Shown here piece after piece: positions 1 to 11,216 of a stretch of 32,000 nt of DNA. The stretch is from Aquifex aeolicus VF5 (GTDB taxonomy: Bacteria > Aquificota > Aquificia > Aquificales > Aquificaceae). Numbering within the stretch: the first letter of the stretch is position 1; each line of letters starts with the position of its first letter. The DNA lies in assembly GCF_000008625.1 (NCBI RefSeq), contig NC_000918.1:1200001-1232000 (forward strand), written 5' to 3'. The notes under the pieces were generated by a model. That model searched no databases. It was not told where the DNA came from and was given only the letters and a program-made list of their open reading frames with translations. The translations under genes were made by a program, and so were the position numbers.

Positions 1-458
1 ACTTTGTTTTCTTTTACGTAGTTTACGGTGAGGCTTATACCGTCTAAGGCAATTGAACCCTTTTCAACTACGTAGATGCTCCACTCCTCCGGTATCTCAA
101 TTACGAGTTCGTAGTGTTCTCCTAAAAAGTTGAAGGATTTTACAGGAGCTGTGAAGTCAACGTGTCCCTGGACTATATGGCCGCCGAGTCGCTCTCCTAC
201 CCTCAAAGCCCTCTCAAGGTTTACGTAATCCCCCGTTTTTAATTTTCCTAGGTTTGTCCTTTTCAGCGTTTCGGGAGAAACGTCAAAGGTTAAGGTAGAG
301 CTTTTAATGTCCACGACGGTGAGGCAAGCTCCGTTTACTGAAACGCTGTCCCCTAACTTTACGTCCTCTAATTTAGTCTCAACGCTCAGTTTAGCCCCTT
401 TAGAACTCAAGGTTAAGTTCTTTACCTTCCCTAAGTCCTCTACTAATCCCGTGAACAT
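1..458 (-). CDS. ribE: Riboflavin synthase alpha chain, partial (C-terminus runs off the window)
   Basis: Reverse-strand translation starts [12 protein letters not shown]..., the characteristic N-terminus of riboflavin synthase; ATG at 458; start is directly adjacent to the pfkA stop. Confidence 0.9.
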
Positions 459-459
459 C

Positions 460-1425
460 TTATATAGCCAGTCTCGTGTTTAGTTTGTAAGCTTCCCTGT
501 CTATTGGTTTGTATTCCTGAGCTTTTTCGAAGTCCTCTATGTAAAACTTGCCCTTTTCGTAGGCAACAAATCCTGAGCGTTCTCCTGCGATGAGACTCTC
601 ATAAGCCACAACTCCGAACTTTGTTCCCATTATCCTGTCAAAGTGGGTTGGTATTCCTCCTCTCTGGATATGTCCCAGAACGGTTGAGCGTATCTCCCCG
701 TACTTATCACCGATCTTTTCCAGAAGGAAGTCTTCCAGTTCCTTTGCACGGCAATATCCTTCTGCGAGGACTATTATGAAGTGGAGTTTCCCCAGTTTCT
801 TAGCCTTTTCTATCTCCTCGGGGATTTGTTCCCTCGGGAATCTCTCTTCGGGAATGAGTATGAGTTCAGCACCCGTGGCGAGTCCAGCCTCAACTGCTAT
901 AAACCCTCTGTTTCTTCCCATAACCTCTACTATGAAAATCCTCTCGTGAGAGCTTGCGGTGTCCCTTATCTTGTCTATCGCGTCAACGGCGTTCCTGAGG
1001 GCTGTGTCGTAGCCTATGCAGTACTCAGTTCCACCAACGTCGTTGTCTATGGTACAGGGAACGCCTATTACTGGAATTCCCGTTTCTTCCGCGGTGAGTT
1101 TTGCACCCGCAAGTGTTCCCTCACCCCCGAGAATTATTAAAGCCTCTATACCCTGTTCATTTAGGTTTTTATAAGCCTTCTCCCTGTACTCGAGTTTTTT
1201 GTATCTGGGGTCCCTTGAGGACAGGAGTATTGTTCCTCCCCTGTCCAGAATTCCCCCCACGTCTCTGGAGGTGAGTTTAATAAAATCTCCTTCTATTAAT
1301 CCTTTATAGCCTCTCTTTATGCCGATTACTTCGTGTCCTTCCCTTTCGGCGCTCCTCACAACAGCCCTGATTACGGCATTCATACCGGGGGCGTCACCCC
1401 CGGCGGTAAGAATTCCTATCCTCAT
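460..1425 (-). CDS. pfkA: 6-phosphofructokinase
   Basis: [24 protein letters not shown]... with the [17 protein letters not shown] and PCTIDNDV motifs; full length 321 aa. Confidence 0.97.
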
Positions 1426-3707
1426 ACTTTTACACCTACCTCTTCCCTGAGTTCCTTTGCCATGTCAACCATGTTCCTGAGTGCGGGTATCACTTCTTCC
1501 CACCTTCTCGTTTTGAGCCCGCAGTCCGGATTAACCCACAGGAGTTCTTTAGGAAGTACCTTCATAGCTCTTAGCATTATAGCCTTCATCTCTTCCTTCG
1601 TAGGAATAGCGGGTGAGTGAATGTCGTAAACACCTATACCTATCTGTCTGTCCCATCCCTTGAACTTTTCAAAGACTTCTATTATTTCACCCTTGCTCCT
1701 TGACGCCTCTATGGATATGACGTCAAAGTCCATTTGGTATATGTACTCAATTATCTCGTTAAACTCCGAGTAGCACATGTGGGTGTGTATCTGGGTCTCG
1801 GGTTTTGCCCTGGATGCGAGTCTGAAGGCTTTCACTGCCCAATCAAAGTACTCGGGCCAATCTCTCTTCTTTAAGGGTGCTCCTTCCCTGAAGGCAGGTT
1901 CGTCTATCTGTATGACTTTAATTCCTGCATTTTCAAGGTCCTTGACTTCATCCAGAAGCGCAAGGGCTATCTGGTAGGCTATTTCTCTCTTTGGAACGTC
2001 TTCACGGTAGTAGCTCCAGTTTAGGATTGTGACGGGACCGGTCAGCATTCCCTTTACGGGTTTGTTTGTGAGCGATTGGGCGTAGGTTATCTCCTCAAGG
2101 GTCATAGGGGCGGGTCTTGAAACGTCTCCGTATATTATAGGAGGTCTGTAAACTCTGGAGCCGTAGGAGAGAACCCACCCGTGTTTTGTGGTAGCTATGC
2201 CGTCGAGCTTTATGGCGAAGTACTCAACCATGTCTGAACGTTCAAACTCTCCGTGAACGAGGACGTCAAGCCCTATGTCTTCCTGAACCTCAATAGCGTA
2301 CTTTATCTTTTGCTTAATGAAGTTCTTGTACTCCTCTTCCGATATTTTCCCTGTTCTGTAAGCGGTTCTCATCTTCCTTACGTCTTCCGTCTGTGGGAAA
2401 GAACCTATCGTGGTCGTGGGAAAAAGCGGGAGCTTGAGTATATCCCTCTGTATCTTGTCCCTTTCCTTGTAAGGTAGTTCCCTCTGGAAGTCCTTTTCGC
2501 TGAGGCTTGCGAGTCTCCTCCTGACTTCCGGATTTTGTGCAAAGACAGCGGTCATTACTTTTTCGGAGCTTTCTACTTCCCTTAATGCCTCTTCTTTTCC
2601 TTCAAGGGCTTCTTTTATCAGTCTTATCTCTCTGAGTTTCTCCTTTGCGAAGGAGAGTCTTTCCTTTAGACCTTCGGGTAGTTCGTCTTCCGGTTCAACG
2701 GTCACCGGAAGGTGGTAAAGGGGACATGAATTTGAAACGACTAAGTTCGCTGAAACTTTGAGGAGCTCCTCAAGGAGTTTAACCTTCTCTCTTAAGTTAG
2801 CCCTCCAGGGCTGTCTCCCGTTGATTATCCCAGCTATCAGTTCCTTATCTTCTGGAAAGCCCTTTTCCTTTATGTTCTTTAAGTTTTCTTCGTTAGAAAC
2901 GAGGTCAAAGTGAAGGGCTTTCACGGGGAGGTTTACGAATTTATCGTAATCAGAAACGCTGTCGTAGTAGGTGAGTATTCCGAGGTCCACTCCCACCTTT
3001 GAGAGTTCGGAGTATATCTCGTTAAGAATTTCCCAGTCGTAGTCCTCTAAATCCGTAACGAGAGCAGGTTCTTCAAAGTGAACCCTGTTTACTCCTTCAT
3101 TTTTTAGGCTTTCAAGGAGTTCTTTGTAAACCGGTAGAAGGGCTTTTGTGAACTTCTCCAGTCTTTCTTTTGTGTCCAGTTTTTCGAGTATTATTACGGG
3201 GAGTCCTTCTTCTTCAACTCTTTTGGGAGCTTTTGAGAGTTTTAGGAATGTAAAGAGTCCTATCACGTGGGGAACCGTGTTTATACCCTTTTCCTTGAAG
3301 AATTTGTAATCCTCAAGGGGCCTGTTTATTAGAAGCTTAAAATTTTCTCCTTCAAGTTCCGGAACGAGGTAGTGGTAGTTGGTGTTGAACCACTTTGTGA
3401 GCTCAAGGGCGTTTTTGCCCCTTGCCATCTCAAAGTATGTGTCAAGTCCTCTGTATTCGCCAAAGCGGGAGGGAATAGCTCCGACCATTACGGTGGTGTC
3501 AAGCATGAAGTCGTAGTAAGAGAGCTCGTTTGAGGGAATTATTTCAACGTTTTCCCTGTATAGGTTTGCCCTCCACAGGTTTAGCTCTTCCATTCCCTTT
3601 ATTAGTTCTTCTTGGGAGATTTTGCCCTTCCAGTAGTTTTCAAGAAGTCTTTTAAACTCCCTTTTTTCACCGAGCTTAGGAAAACCAAAAGCGTAGGTTT
3701 TTACCAT
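1422..3707 (-). CDS. metE: Cobalamin-independent methionine synthase (5-methyltetrahydropteroyltriglutamate-homocysteine methyltransferase)
   Basis: 761 aa; [17 protein letters not shown], and [10 protein letters not shown] motifs; SD AGGAGG upstream; 4-nt overlap with pfkA. Confidence 0.97.
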
Positions 3708-3751
3708 GGATTTCTCCTCCTTTTAGAACTTCTTATTTTAAAATATCTTTT

Positions 3752-4672
3752 ATGAAAAGGGACTTTGTAGACCTGTGGGATTTAAGTCCCAAAGAGGCAT
3801 GGGAGATAGTAAAAAAAACCCTGAAAGTTAAAAAGGGAGAAGAAGAACTTGGAAAACCGCTTTCCGGGAAAACGATAGCCCTTCTCTTCACAAAGCCCTC
3901 AACGAGGACAAGGGTTTCCTTTGAAGTGGGAATTTATCAGCTCGGCGGGAATTCCTTATTTTTTCAAGAGAAAGAGCTACAAGTTTCCAGGGGGGAGGAC
4001 GTAAGAGATACCGCAAGAACACTGTCAAAATACGTTGACGGGGTGATAGTGAGAAATCACTCCCACACGTGGTTGAAGGAGTTTGCAAATTTCGCGAGCG
4101 TTCCGGTTATAAACGCTTTGACCAACATGTCCCATCCCTGTCAGATACTGAGTGATGTGTTCACACTTTACGAACACTACGGTGAGGAACTTAAAAACCT
4201 AAAGGTAGCCTACGTGGGGGACGGGAACAACGTGTGCAATACCTTAATGGTCGGGGCGGGGATGTTCGGACTGAAACTCTTCGTGGCAACCCCTGAAGGT
4301 TACGAGCCAAATTCCTATTACTACAAAAAAGCACTTGAGTTTTCAAAGGAAAACGGCGGGAGCGTGGAACTAACTAACAACCCGGTGGAATCGGTAAAAG
4401 ATGCGGATGTCGTTTACACGGACGTTTGGGTAAGCATGGGAGAAGAAAACAAAAACATAGAAGCGTTTTTACCTTATCAGGTAAACGAAAAACTCCTCTC
4501 TTTCGCAAAGAGTTCCGTCAAAGTAATGCACTGCCTCCCTGCAAAGAAAGGGCAGGAGATTACCGAAGAGGTTTTTGAGAAGAACGCTGACTTTATATTC
4601 ACGCAGGCGGAAAACAGACTGCACACACAGAAGACACTCATGGAGTTCCTATTCAGAGAACCTCAAGCTTAG
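3752..4672 (+). CDS. argF: Ornithine carbamoyltransferase
   Basis: FTKPSTRTRVSFEVG carbamoyl-phosphate binding motif, MHCLPA motif; 306 aa. Confidence 0.96.
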   Translation: MKRDFVDLWDLSPKEAWEIVKKTLKVKKGEEELGKPLSGKTIALLFTKPSTRTRVSFEVGIYQLGGNSLFFQEKELQVSRGEDVRDTARTLSKYVDGVIVRNHSHTWLKEFANFASVPVINALTNMSHPCQILSDVFTLYEHYGEELKNLKVAYVGDGNNVCNTLMVGAGMFGLKLFVATPEGYEPNSYYYKKALEFSKENGGSVELTNNPVESVKDADVVYTDVWVSMGEENKNIEAFLPYQVNEKLLSFAKSSVKVMHCLPAKKGQEITEEVFEKNADFIFTQAENRLHTQKTLMEFLFREPQA

Positions 4673-5735
4673 CCTTCAGGGCTCCCGCCGACTTTATAGC
4701 TTGGAGAACCTGGATTATTTCTCGCGGTGTTGCTCCTATAGAGTTCAGAGCGTCAACGAGTTCGGAAACAGTAGTTCCCTTTATTTGAACGAGTCTCTTT
4801 TTCTCCTCCTTTACTTTTACTTCGGTTCTGGGAACGACCTTTGTCTCTCCGGGAGAAAGGGGAGGGGGCTGGACGACTTCAGGCCTTTCCTTTATCTCCA
4901 CAACTAATGACCCGACCGCTACGGCAACGGGTTCAATACTAACGTTCCCACCGAGGAGCACTATACCAGAGCGTCCGTCAATTACAACTTTGGCTACACT
5001 TGACGTGCTAACCTCTAAGTTCTCTACTTTTGCAAGAAAGTCCACGGGACTGTAACCCTCGGGAATTTTTACCCTGATTGTGGCACTGTCTACAGCCTTT
5101 GCTATGTTCTTTCCAAAAGCCCTGTTTATTACGTCCTGGACGTTTTTTGCCGTGGTAAAGTCTGGTTCGTCAAGGTATATGTTTACCTCCTTAAAGTCTG
5201 CTGAGAAGGGAAGATCCTTTTCCAGAATCGCACCGTTTGGGATTCTCCCTACGGTAGGCACGTTCTTTACCTGAGCGGCTCCCCTCCCTCTTGCCTCATA
5301 TCCGCCCACTATTACCTGTCCCTGGGCTATGGCGTAAACCTTTCCGTCAGGCCCTCTCAAAGGTGTCATTAAAAGAGTTCCACCCTCAAGACTTTTGGCG
5401 TCTCCGATGGAGGAGACCTCAACGTCAAATCTCATCCCCGCCTTTGCGTAGGGAGGAACTTTTGCGGTAACCATTACGGCGGCTACGTTTTTGACCGTTA
5501 TCCTCCTTGGATCTACGGGAATGCCCATTCTCCTGAGCATGTTCGCAAGACTCTGAACGGTAAACTGGGTAGCTTTACCGTCCCCCGTGCCCTTAAGCCC
5601 TACAACCAGCCCATAGCCTATGAGGTAGTTATACCTGTTTCCCTCTATAGTCGCTATGTCTTTTATTCTGGCTCCAAAGGTGAGAGAAACCAATATTAAA
5701 AGGGAAACAATATAGCGAATATTTTTGCAAGCCAT
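4653..5735 (-). CDS. flgI: Flagellar P-ring protein FlgI
   Basis: ARIKDIATIEGNRYNYLIGYGLVVGLKGTGDG... P-ring protein signature with N-terminal signal sequence. Confidence 0.95.
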   Translation of the reverse strand: MACKNIRYIVSLLILVSLTFGARIKDIATIEGNRYNYLIGYGLVVGLKGTGDGKATQFTVQSLANMLRRMGIPVDPRRITVKNVAAVMVTAKVPPYAKAGMRFDVEVSSIGDAKSLEGGTLLMTPLRGPDGKVYAIAQGQVIVGGYEARGRGAAQVKNVPTVGRIPNGAILEKDLPFSADFKEVNIYLDEPDFTTAKNVQDVINRAFGKNIAKAVDSATIRVKIPEGYSPVDFLAKVENLEVSTSSVAKVVIDGRSGIVLLGGNVSIEPVAVAVGSLVVEIKERPEVVQPPPLSPGETKVVPRTEVKVKEEKKRLVQIKGTTVSELVDALNSIGATPREIIQVLQAIKSAGALKAKLEVL

Positions 5736-6346
5736 CCGGGTTCACCCCCTCTTACGATATAGCCCCTGCCCTCAAAAAATATCTCCATGTCCGCTATCTT
5801 GTCGCTCGTTACAGTGTTATTAGAGTCTATGTCTTCGGGTCTCACTATTCCCCTCAGGAGGAATTCTCTCTTTACTCCGTTTACCTCTATGTACTTTTTC
5901 GCCTCCACGAGCATAGTTCCGTTCGGAAATACCTTAACCACCCTCCCAGCTAGAGTAGTTGTAAGAACTCCAGACTGCTGGAACTTGCTCCCACCTTTAG
6001 ATGCAAAGGAAGACTTTCCCCCCGCACCCAAGTTCTTGAGCGTTGCGGGGTGCACTCCAAAGAAGGAAGATATAGCGTTAGAAAAGGAAGTGCTCCTTCC
6101 CACGTTCGTGGATACACTCTCTATGGCGTTTATACTCTCAATCACCCTTATGTAAATTACGTCCCCAACTTCTGAAGCCCTTACCGAGCCGTAGAGGTAG
6201 GCACTTTGCGGGCTTTTAAAAAGGCTTCCCCTTGTAGGCTTTTCTTCCTTGTAGGTTTTGGGAAAGGAGTAAGTATACTTTTTCTTACTTTCCACTTTTG
6301 TGGAACAGGAAATTATAAATATCAAGGCGAAAAACAGGTATAGCAT
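5696..6346 (-). CDS. flgH: Flagellar L-ring protein FlgH (lipoprotein)
   Basis: Lipobox-like IISCS N-terminus; VGDVIYIRVIES..., ANGTMLVEAKK-type and GIVRPEDI motifs; overlaps flgI by 40 nt. Confidence 0.92.
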   Translation of the reverse strand: MLYLFFALIFIISCSTKVESKKKYTYSFPKTYKEEKPTRGSLFKSPQSAYLYGSVRASEVGDVIYIRVIESINAIESVSTNVGRSTSFSNAISSFFGVHPATLKNLGAGGKSSFASKGGSKFQQSGVLTTTLAGRVVKVFPNGTMLVEAKKYIEVNGVKREFLLRGIVRPEDIDSNNTVTSDKIADMEIFFEGRGYIVRGGEPGWLAKIFAILFPF

Positions 6347-6360
6347 AGCCCCTCACTAAA

Positions 6361-6393
6361 AATATAGCAATCTGAGTAACTTTTTGCTATAAT
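6361..6393. promoter_or_regulatory. Back-to-back extended -10 elements of the divergent flgH/fabG promoters
   Basis: + strand TGC-TATAAT (TATAAT 6388-6393) and - strand TGC-TATATT (6366-6361); TATAGCAA (6363-6370)/TTGCTATA (6384-6391) perfect 8-bp inverted repeat. Confidence 0.5.
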
Positions 6394-6405
6394 GACAAAA
6401 GCATA

Positions 6406-7152
6406 ATGGAAATAAAACTCCAGGGCAAGGTTTCCCTCGTAACGGGTTCCACAAGAGGAATAGGAAGGGCGATAGCGGAAAAACTCGCATCCGCGGGGAG
6501 CACCGTCATAATAACGGGTACTTCTGGAGAAAGGGCAAAGGCTGTTGCGGAGGAAATCGCAAACAAATACGGAGTGAAGGCTCACGGTGTTGAGATGAAC
6601 CTTTTATCAGAAGAAAGCATTAACAAGGCCTTTGAAGAAATTTACAACCTTGTAGACGGTATAGATATACTCGTCAACAACGCGGGAATAACGAGGGACA
6701 AGCTCTTTTTAAGGATGAGTCTTCTGGACTGGGAAGAAGTTCTGAAGGTAAACTTAACGGGAACTTTTTTAGTCACACAGAACTCGCTGAGAAAGATGAT
6801 AAAGCAGAGATGGGGAAGGATAGTTAATATTTCTTCCGTTGTAGGTTTTACGGGTAACGTTGGACAGGTAAATTACTCCACCACAAAAGCTGGGCTGATA
6901 GGTTTTACCAAATCCCTTGCAAAGGAACTCGCTCCGAGGAACGTTCTTGTGAACGCGGTAGCTCCGGGATTTATAGAAACGGACATGACTGCGGTTTTAT
7001 CCGAGGAAATTAAGCAGAAGTATAAGGAACAAATCCCCCTCGGGCGGTTCGGAAGTCCCGAGGAGGTTGCAAACGTGGTTTTATTCCTTTGTTCTGAGCT
7101 TGCAAGTTATATAACGGGTGAAGTAATTCACGTAAACGGAGGAATGTTTTAA
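6406..7152 (+). CDS. fabG: 3-oxoacyl-[acyl-carrier-protein] reductase
   Basis: SDR fold: TGSTRGIGRAIAEKLA, NNAGITRD, YSTTKAGLIGF; 248 aa. Confidence 0.96.
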   Translation: MEIKLQGKVSLVTGSTRGIGRAIAEKLASAGSTVIITGTSGERAKAVAEEIANKYGVKAHGVEMNLLSEESINKAFEEIYNLVDGIDILVNNAGITRDKLFLRMSLLDWEEVLKVNLTGTFLVTQNSLRKMIKQRWGRIVNISSVVGFTGNVGQVNYSTTKAGLIGFTKSLAKELAPRNVLVNAVAPGFIETDMTAVLSEEIKQKYKEQIPLGRFGSPEEVANVVLFLCSELASYITGEVIHVNGGMF

Positions 7153-7164
7153 AGGAGGTAAGGT

Positions 7165-7401
7165 ATGAGTTTAGAAGAGAGGGTCAAGGAAATTATTGCG
7201 GAACAACTTGGAGTTGAGAAGGAAAAGATAACTCCCGAGGCAAAATTCGTTGAGGACCTCGGGGCGGATTCTCTTGACGTCGTTGAACTCATAATGGCCT
7301 TTGAAGAGGAGTTCGGTATTGAGATCCCTGACGAGGACGCGGAAAAGATACAGACTGTCGGGGATGTAATAAATTACCTTAAAGAAAAGGTAGGAGGATG
7401 A
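7165..7401 (+). CDS. acpP: Acyl carrier protein
   Basis: 78 aa with phosphopantetheine site [11 protein letters not shown]; strong SD AAAGGAGG upstream. Confidence 0.97.
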   Translation: MSLEERVKEIIAEQLGVEKEKITPEAKFVEDLGADSLDVVELIMAFEEEFGIEIPDEDAEKIQTVGDVINYLKEKVGG

Positions 7402-8645
7402 AGAGAAGAGTTGTTATCACCGGCATCGGGGCGGTTACGCCCCTTGGAACAGGCGTAAAGAAGTTCTGGGAAAACCTTGTAAAGGGTGTAAGCGGTGTTG
7501 ATTACATAAAGAGCTTTAACCCCGACGAATACGGAATACCCGTAAAGATAGCGGCGGAAGTAAAGGACTTTAATCCAGAAGACTTTATGGATAAAAAAGA
7601 GGCGAGAAAAGCCTCCCGCTTTGTCCAGTTTGCAATAGCTGCGGTAAAGGAAGCCCTTGAAGACAGCGGACTCCTTGAAAGTGAGTACGACCCTTACAGA
7701 GTAGGGGTAATTATAGGGACAGGAATTGGCGGTCTCAAGGATATAGAAGATCAGACTTTAATCCTTAAAGAAAAGGGAGCGAGAAGGGTATCTCCCTTTT
7801 TCATACCCTACGGCATATCCAACATGGCTTCGGGGCTTGTGGCCATAAAGTGGGGCTTTAAAGGTCCAAATTACTGCGTGACTTCCGCCTGTGCTACGGG
7901 AAACCACGCTATAGGAGACGCCTTCAGACTCATTCAAAAGGGTGATATAGACATTGCTATAGCGGGAGGAACGGAAGCTGCGATAACCCCCCTCGGTGTT
8001 GCGGGATTTGCATCCATGAAGGCACTCTCTACGAGGAACGACGAGCCCCAGAAAGCTTCAAGACCCTTTGACAGGGACAGGGACGGCTTCGTAATGGGAG
8101 AAGGAGCAGGAATACTGATTTTGGAAGAATACGAGAGGGCAAAGGCAAGGGGTGCGAAGATATACGCTGAACTCGTGGGCTACGGTGCAACCGACGACGC
8201 TTACCACATAACTTCCCCCCACGAGTGCGGTGAGGGAGCTTACGAGTGCATGAGGTTAGCACTGGAAGACGCTGGAATTAAACCCGAAGAGGTGGATTAC
8301 ATAAACGCCCACGGAACATCAACACCGCTCAACGACAAAACAGAGACGATGGCGATAAAGCAGCTCTTCGGAGAACACGCATACAAACTTAAAATTTCTT
8401 CAAACAAGTCCATGATAGGGCACCTGCTCGGAGCCGCAGCGGCTGTGGAAGCTGTAGCAACGATAAAAACCATAGAAACTGGAGTGATACCTCCTACCAT
8501 TAACCTGGAAAACCCCGATCCAGAGTGTGATCTGGACTACGTTCCAAACAAAGCCGTGGAATACCCCGTAAGGGTTGCACTTTCTAACGCCTTTGGTTTT
8601 GGAGGAACTAACGCAACGCTAGTGTTCAGAAAAATAGAAGAATGA
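7398..8645 (+). CDS. fabF: 3-oxoacyl-[acyl-carrier-protein] synthase II
   Basis: [30 protein letters not shown] active-site Cys region, [11 protein letters not shown]; 4-nt overlap with acpP. Confidence 0.97.
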   Translation: MKRRVVITGIGAVTPLGTGVKKFWENLVKGVSGVDYIKSFNPDEYGIPVKIAAEVKDFNPEDFMDKKEARKASRFVQFAIAAVKEALEDSGLLESEYDPYRVGVIIGTGIGGLKDIEDQTLILKEKGARRVSPFFIPYGISNMASGLVAIKWGFKGPNYCVTSACATGNHAIGDAFRLIQKGDIDIAIAGGTEAAITPLGVAGFASMKALSTRNDEPQKASRPFDRDRDGFVMGEGAGILILEEYERAKARGAKIYAELVGYGATDDAYHITSPHECGEGAYECMRLALEDAGIKPEEVDYINAHGTSTPLNDKTETMAIKQLFGEHAYKLKISSNKSMIGHLLGAAAAVEAVATIKTIETGVIPPTINLENPDPECDLDYVPNKAVEYPVRVALSNAFGFGGTNATLVFRKIEE

Positions 8646-9214
8646 GGGTAATACTCGCATCCACCTCTCCCCGTCGCTCTCAAATCCTTTCACTTCTGGG
8701 TATTGAGTTTGAAGTAATTCCCGCAAAAGTAGAAGAGGAAGTTATTCCTGGAAAGCCCGTACTCACTGCGAGAAAACTCGCAAAAGAAAAAGCACTGAGC
8801 GTCTGGAGAGAAAACAGGGACGCTGTGGTGATAGGGGCGGATACTTTGGTCTTTCTGGGAAATGAAATAATCGGAAAACCTAAGGACGAAAAAGATGCGG
8901 TTAACATACTGAAAAAGCTCTCGGGAAAGTGGCATTCGGTCGTTACGGCTCTCTGCGTTTACTCACCAGAAAAGGTATTTTTAACTCACGACATAGCAAA
9001 GGTAAAGTTCAGGGAACTGAGCAAAGAGGAAATAATTTCTTACGTGAAGAGCGGAGAGCCCATGGACAAGGCCGGGGCTTACGGAGTTCAGGGCTTTGGT
9101 GCGACGATAGTGGAGAGGATTCACGGGAACTTCTATACGGTTATGGGACTTCCAATAGTTAAACTGTACAAAATCCTGAGGGAACTCAATCTCCTTGCTG
9201 GTACTTTTTCTTAA
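8642..9214 (+). CDS. maf: Maf-like nucleotide pyrophosphatase
   Basis: [28 protein letters not shown]..., [17 protein letters not shown] motifs; 4-nt overlap with fabF. Confidence 0.93.
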   Translation: MRVILASTSPRRSQILSLLGIEFEVIPAKVEEEVIPGKPVLTARKLAKEKALSVWRENRDAVVIGADTLVFLGNEIIGKPKDEKDAVNILKKLSGKWHSVVTALCVYSPEKVFLTHDIAKVKFRELSKEEIISYVKSGEPMDKAGAYGVQGFGATIVERIHGNFYTVMGLPIVKLYKILRELNLLAGTFS

Positions 9215-9374
9215 TAGCTTCTTCAAACCTCTTTGCGAACTTTTTGTAAATCCAGTTTGAGATAAGGATAATAACAATTAATAGGGGAAAACCAACGATA
9301 ATTGCAATAATAAAGGCGTAAATTTCCGCACCTATGAGTATGAGGATCTTTTTTATTGTTTCCCAGAGTTCCAT
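9186..9374 (-). CDS. Small membrane protein, hypothetical (62 aa)
   Basis: Single hydrophobic segment AEIYAFIIAIIVGFPLLIVIILISNWIY followed by a charged C-terminus; same strand as and 10 nt from the hemerythrin-like gene. Confidence 0.6.
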   Translation of the reverse strand: MELWETIKKILILIGAEIYAFIIAIIVGFPLLIVIILISNWIYKKFAKRFEEAIKKKYQQGD

Positions 9375-9384
9375 AAAGTTTATT

Positions 9385-9780
9385 TTAATCTCCGAGTTGC
9401 TGGGCAGTTGTGGAATCCCACCTCGCCACGTGGCTCTTTAGCCAAGGGACGAACTCCTCCTTCAGAAACCTCACCACTTCCTCGGGGTTCTTTTCTTTTT
9501 TCCATTTGTCGTAAACTTCCTTAAAGCGTTTTCTCATAGTGTCATGCTCCGCCTTGTGCATGGGGTAAGCGAAGAACTCAAACTCCCTCATAAGTTCCTC
9601 TTCGGTGGTAAAATGATCCTCCAGATCCACGAGCAGTTCGTCCATGAGTTGATCCGCCTTTTCCACGTCTTTCTTCATGAGAGTGTCGTAGAGTTGGTTC
9701 AGGAGTCTAATCTCCTCTTCGTGAACAGTATCCATGAACAGGTTTCCGACTTTTTGAACTTTATTCGGCCTTATGAGCAT
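9385..9780 (-). CDS. Hemerythrin-like metal-binding protein
   Basis: 131 aa with ordered metal-ligand pattern H(TVHEEE)...HFTTEEELM...HKAEHD...SHVARWD, typical of bacteriohemerythrins. Confidence 0.85.
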   Translation of the reverse strand: MLIRPNKVQKVGNLFMDTVHEEEIRLLNQLYDTLMKKDVEKADQLMDELLVDLEDHFTTEEELMREFEFFAYPMHKAEHDTMRKRFKEVYDKWKKEKNPEEVVRFLKEEFVPWLKSHVARWDSTTAQQLGD

Positions 9781-9811
9781 AAATTAAAATGTAAGTAAAA
9801 ATTCACATACG

Positions 9812-11176
9812 TCAAGTTGAAAGGAAAAGAAAGAGATTAAAACTTGAAGCCTCCGAAGGAAACCTCGGCATCTTCGGCATTTTTGGAATGGCAGGCATAC
9901 CTCCCGCCTTCTGAAGTTTCCTCATCATCTTCTTCATTTCTTCATACCTCTTCAGGAGCTTGTTCACGTCGGATACGGTAGTACCGCTACCTCTCGCTAT
10001 CCTCTTCTTCCTACTCATGTTTATGATCTTGGGATTTCTCCTCTCCTCAGGAGTCATGGAGTTTATGATTGCCTCTATCTTCTTGAACTGCTTTTCGTCC
10101 ACTTTCAGGTGTTTTAACTGGGGTGCAACTCCGGGTATCATGGAAAGGAGTTTGTCAAGGGGACCCATCTGCTGAATCATCCTGAGCATTTCCCTGAGGT
10201 CTTCAAGGTCAAACTCTCCGGTCATTACTTTGGTGGCCATAACCTGAGCTTTATCCTCGGTTATCACTTCCTGAGCTTTTTCAACGAGGCTTTGTATGTC
10301 ACCAAGTCCCAGAATTCTCTGTGCAATTCTGTCGGGATAGAAGGGCTCTATGTCTTCTATCTTCTCACCTACACCTATGAACTTTATGGGAACTCCGAGA
10401 ACTTCCTTAACCGAAAGGGCAAGTCCTCCCCTCGCGTCACCGTCCATCTTCGTGATAACTACTCCCGTAAGTCCGAGTCTTTCGTGGAAGGTTTTTGCGG
10501 TCTCTAGTGCCGTTTGACCCTGCATGGCGTCAGCCACGTACAGGATTTCCGAGGGATTTGTAACTTCCTTAATCTCCTGGAGCTCTTTCATCAACTCCTC
10601 GTCTACGTGAAGCCTTCCCGCGGTGTCAAGAAGCAGGTAATCCACACTTTCTTCCTTTGCCCTTTTTACAGCCCTTCTTGCTATTTCTACCGCACCAAGT
10701 CCTTCCTCAAACTCGTAGTAAGGCACTCCTACCCTTTCAGCGAGTCTCTGGAGCTGGAGCATTGCGGCGGGTCTCCTCAAGTCCGTGGAAGAAACCGCAA
10801 CCTTGTGTCCTCCCTTCTTCAGGAGGTTTGCTATCTTCCCTATGGTTGTGGTTTTACCCGTACCCTGAAGTCCTACGAAGAGGACAGTTCCTTTCTTTAA
10901 ATCTGCCTTCTCTCCTCCGAGGATGTCTACAAGTTCTTCGTAAACGGTCTTTATAACGAATTCAGCGGGACTTAAGTTTTTGGGTACTTCCTTCCCGACT
11001 ACCTTTTCCCTTATCCTCTTTATGAAGTCCTTGGCAACCTGGTAATCAACGTCCGCCTCCAGAAGTGCTAGTCTTATCTCCCTGAGTGTCTGGTTTATGT
11101 TCTTTTCGGTTATCTTCCTCGCGTTGGTGAGTTTTTCCAGCGCGTGGCTGAACTTTTCCGTCAGCAGTTCCAGCAT
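9812..11176 (-). CDS. ffh: Signal recognition particle protein Ffh (SRP54)
   Basis: [37 protein letters not shown] GTPase motifs plus Met-rich M domain. Confidence 0.97.
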   Translation of the reverse strand: MLELLTEKFSHALEKLTNARKITEKNINQTLREIRLALLEADVDYQVAKDFIKRIREKVVGKEVPKNLSPAEFVIKTVYEELVDILGGEKADLKKGTVLFVGLQGTGKTTTIGKIANLLKKGGHKVAVSSTDLRRPAAMLQLQRLAERVGVPYYEFEEGLGAVEIARRAVKRAKEESVDYLLLDTAGRLHVDEELMKELQEIKEVTNPSEILYVADAMQGQTALETAKTFHERLGLTGVVITKMDGDARGGLALSVKEVLGVPIKFIGVGEKIEDIEPFYPDRIAQRILGLGDIQSLVEKAQEVITEDKAQVMATKVMTGEFDLEDLREMLRMIQQMGPLDKLLSMIPGVAPQLKHLKVDEKQFKKIEAIINSMTPEERRNPKIINMSRKKRIARGSGTTVSDVNKLLKRYEEMKKMMRKLQKAGGMPAIPKMPKMPRFPSEASSFNLFLFLST

Positions 11177-11216
11177 AAGAAATAAAATATCACTTCTAAA
11201 GAGAAAGTTTTCAAGC

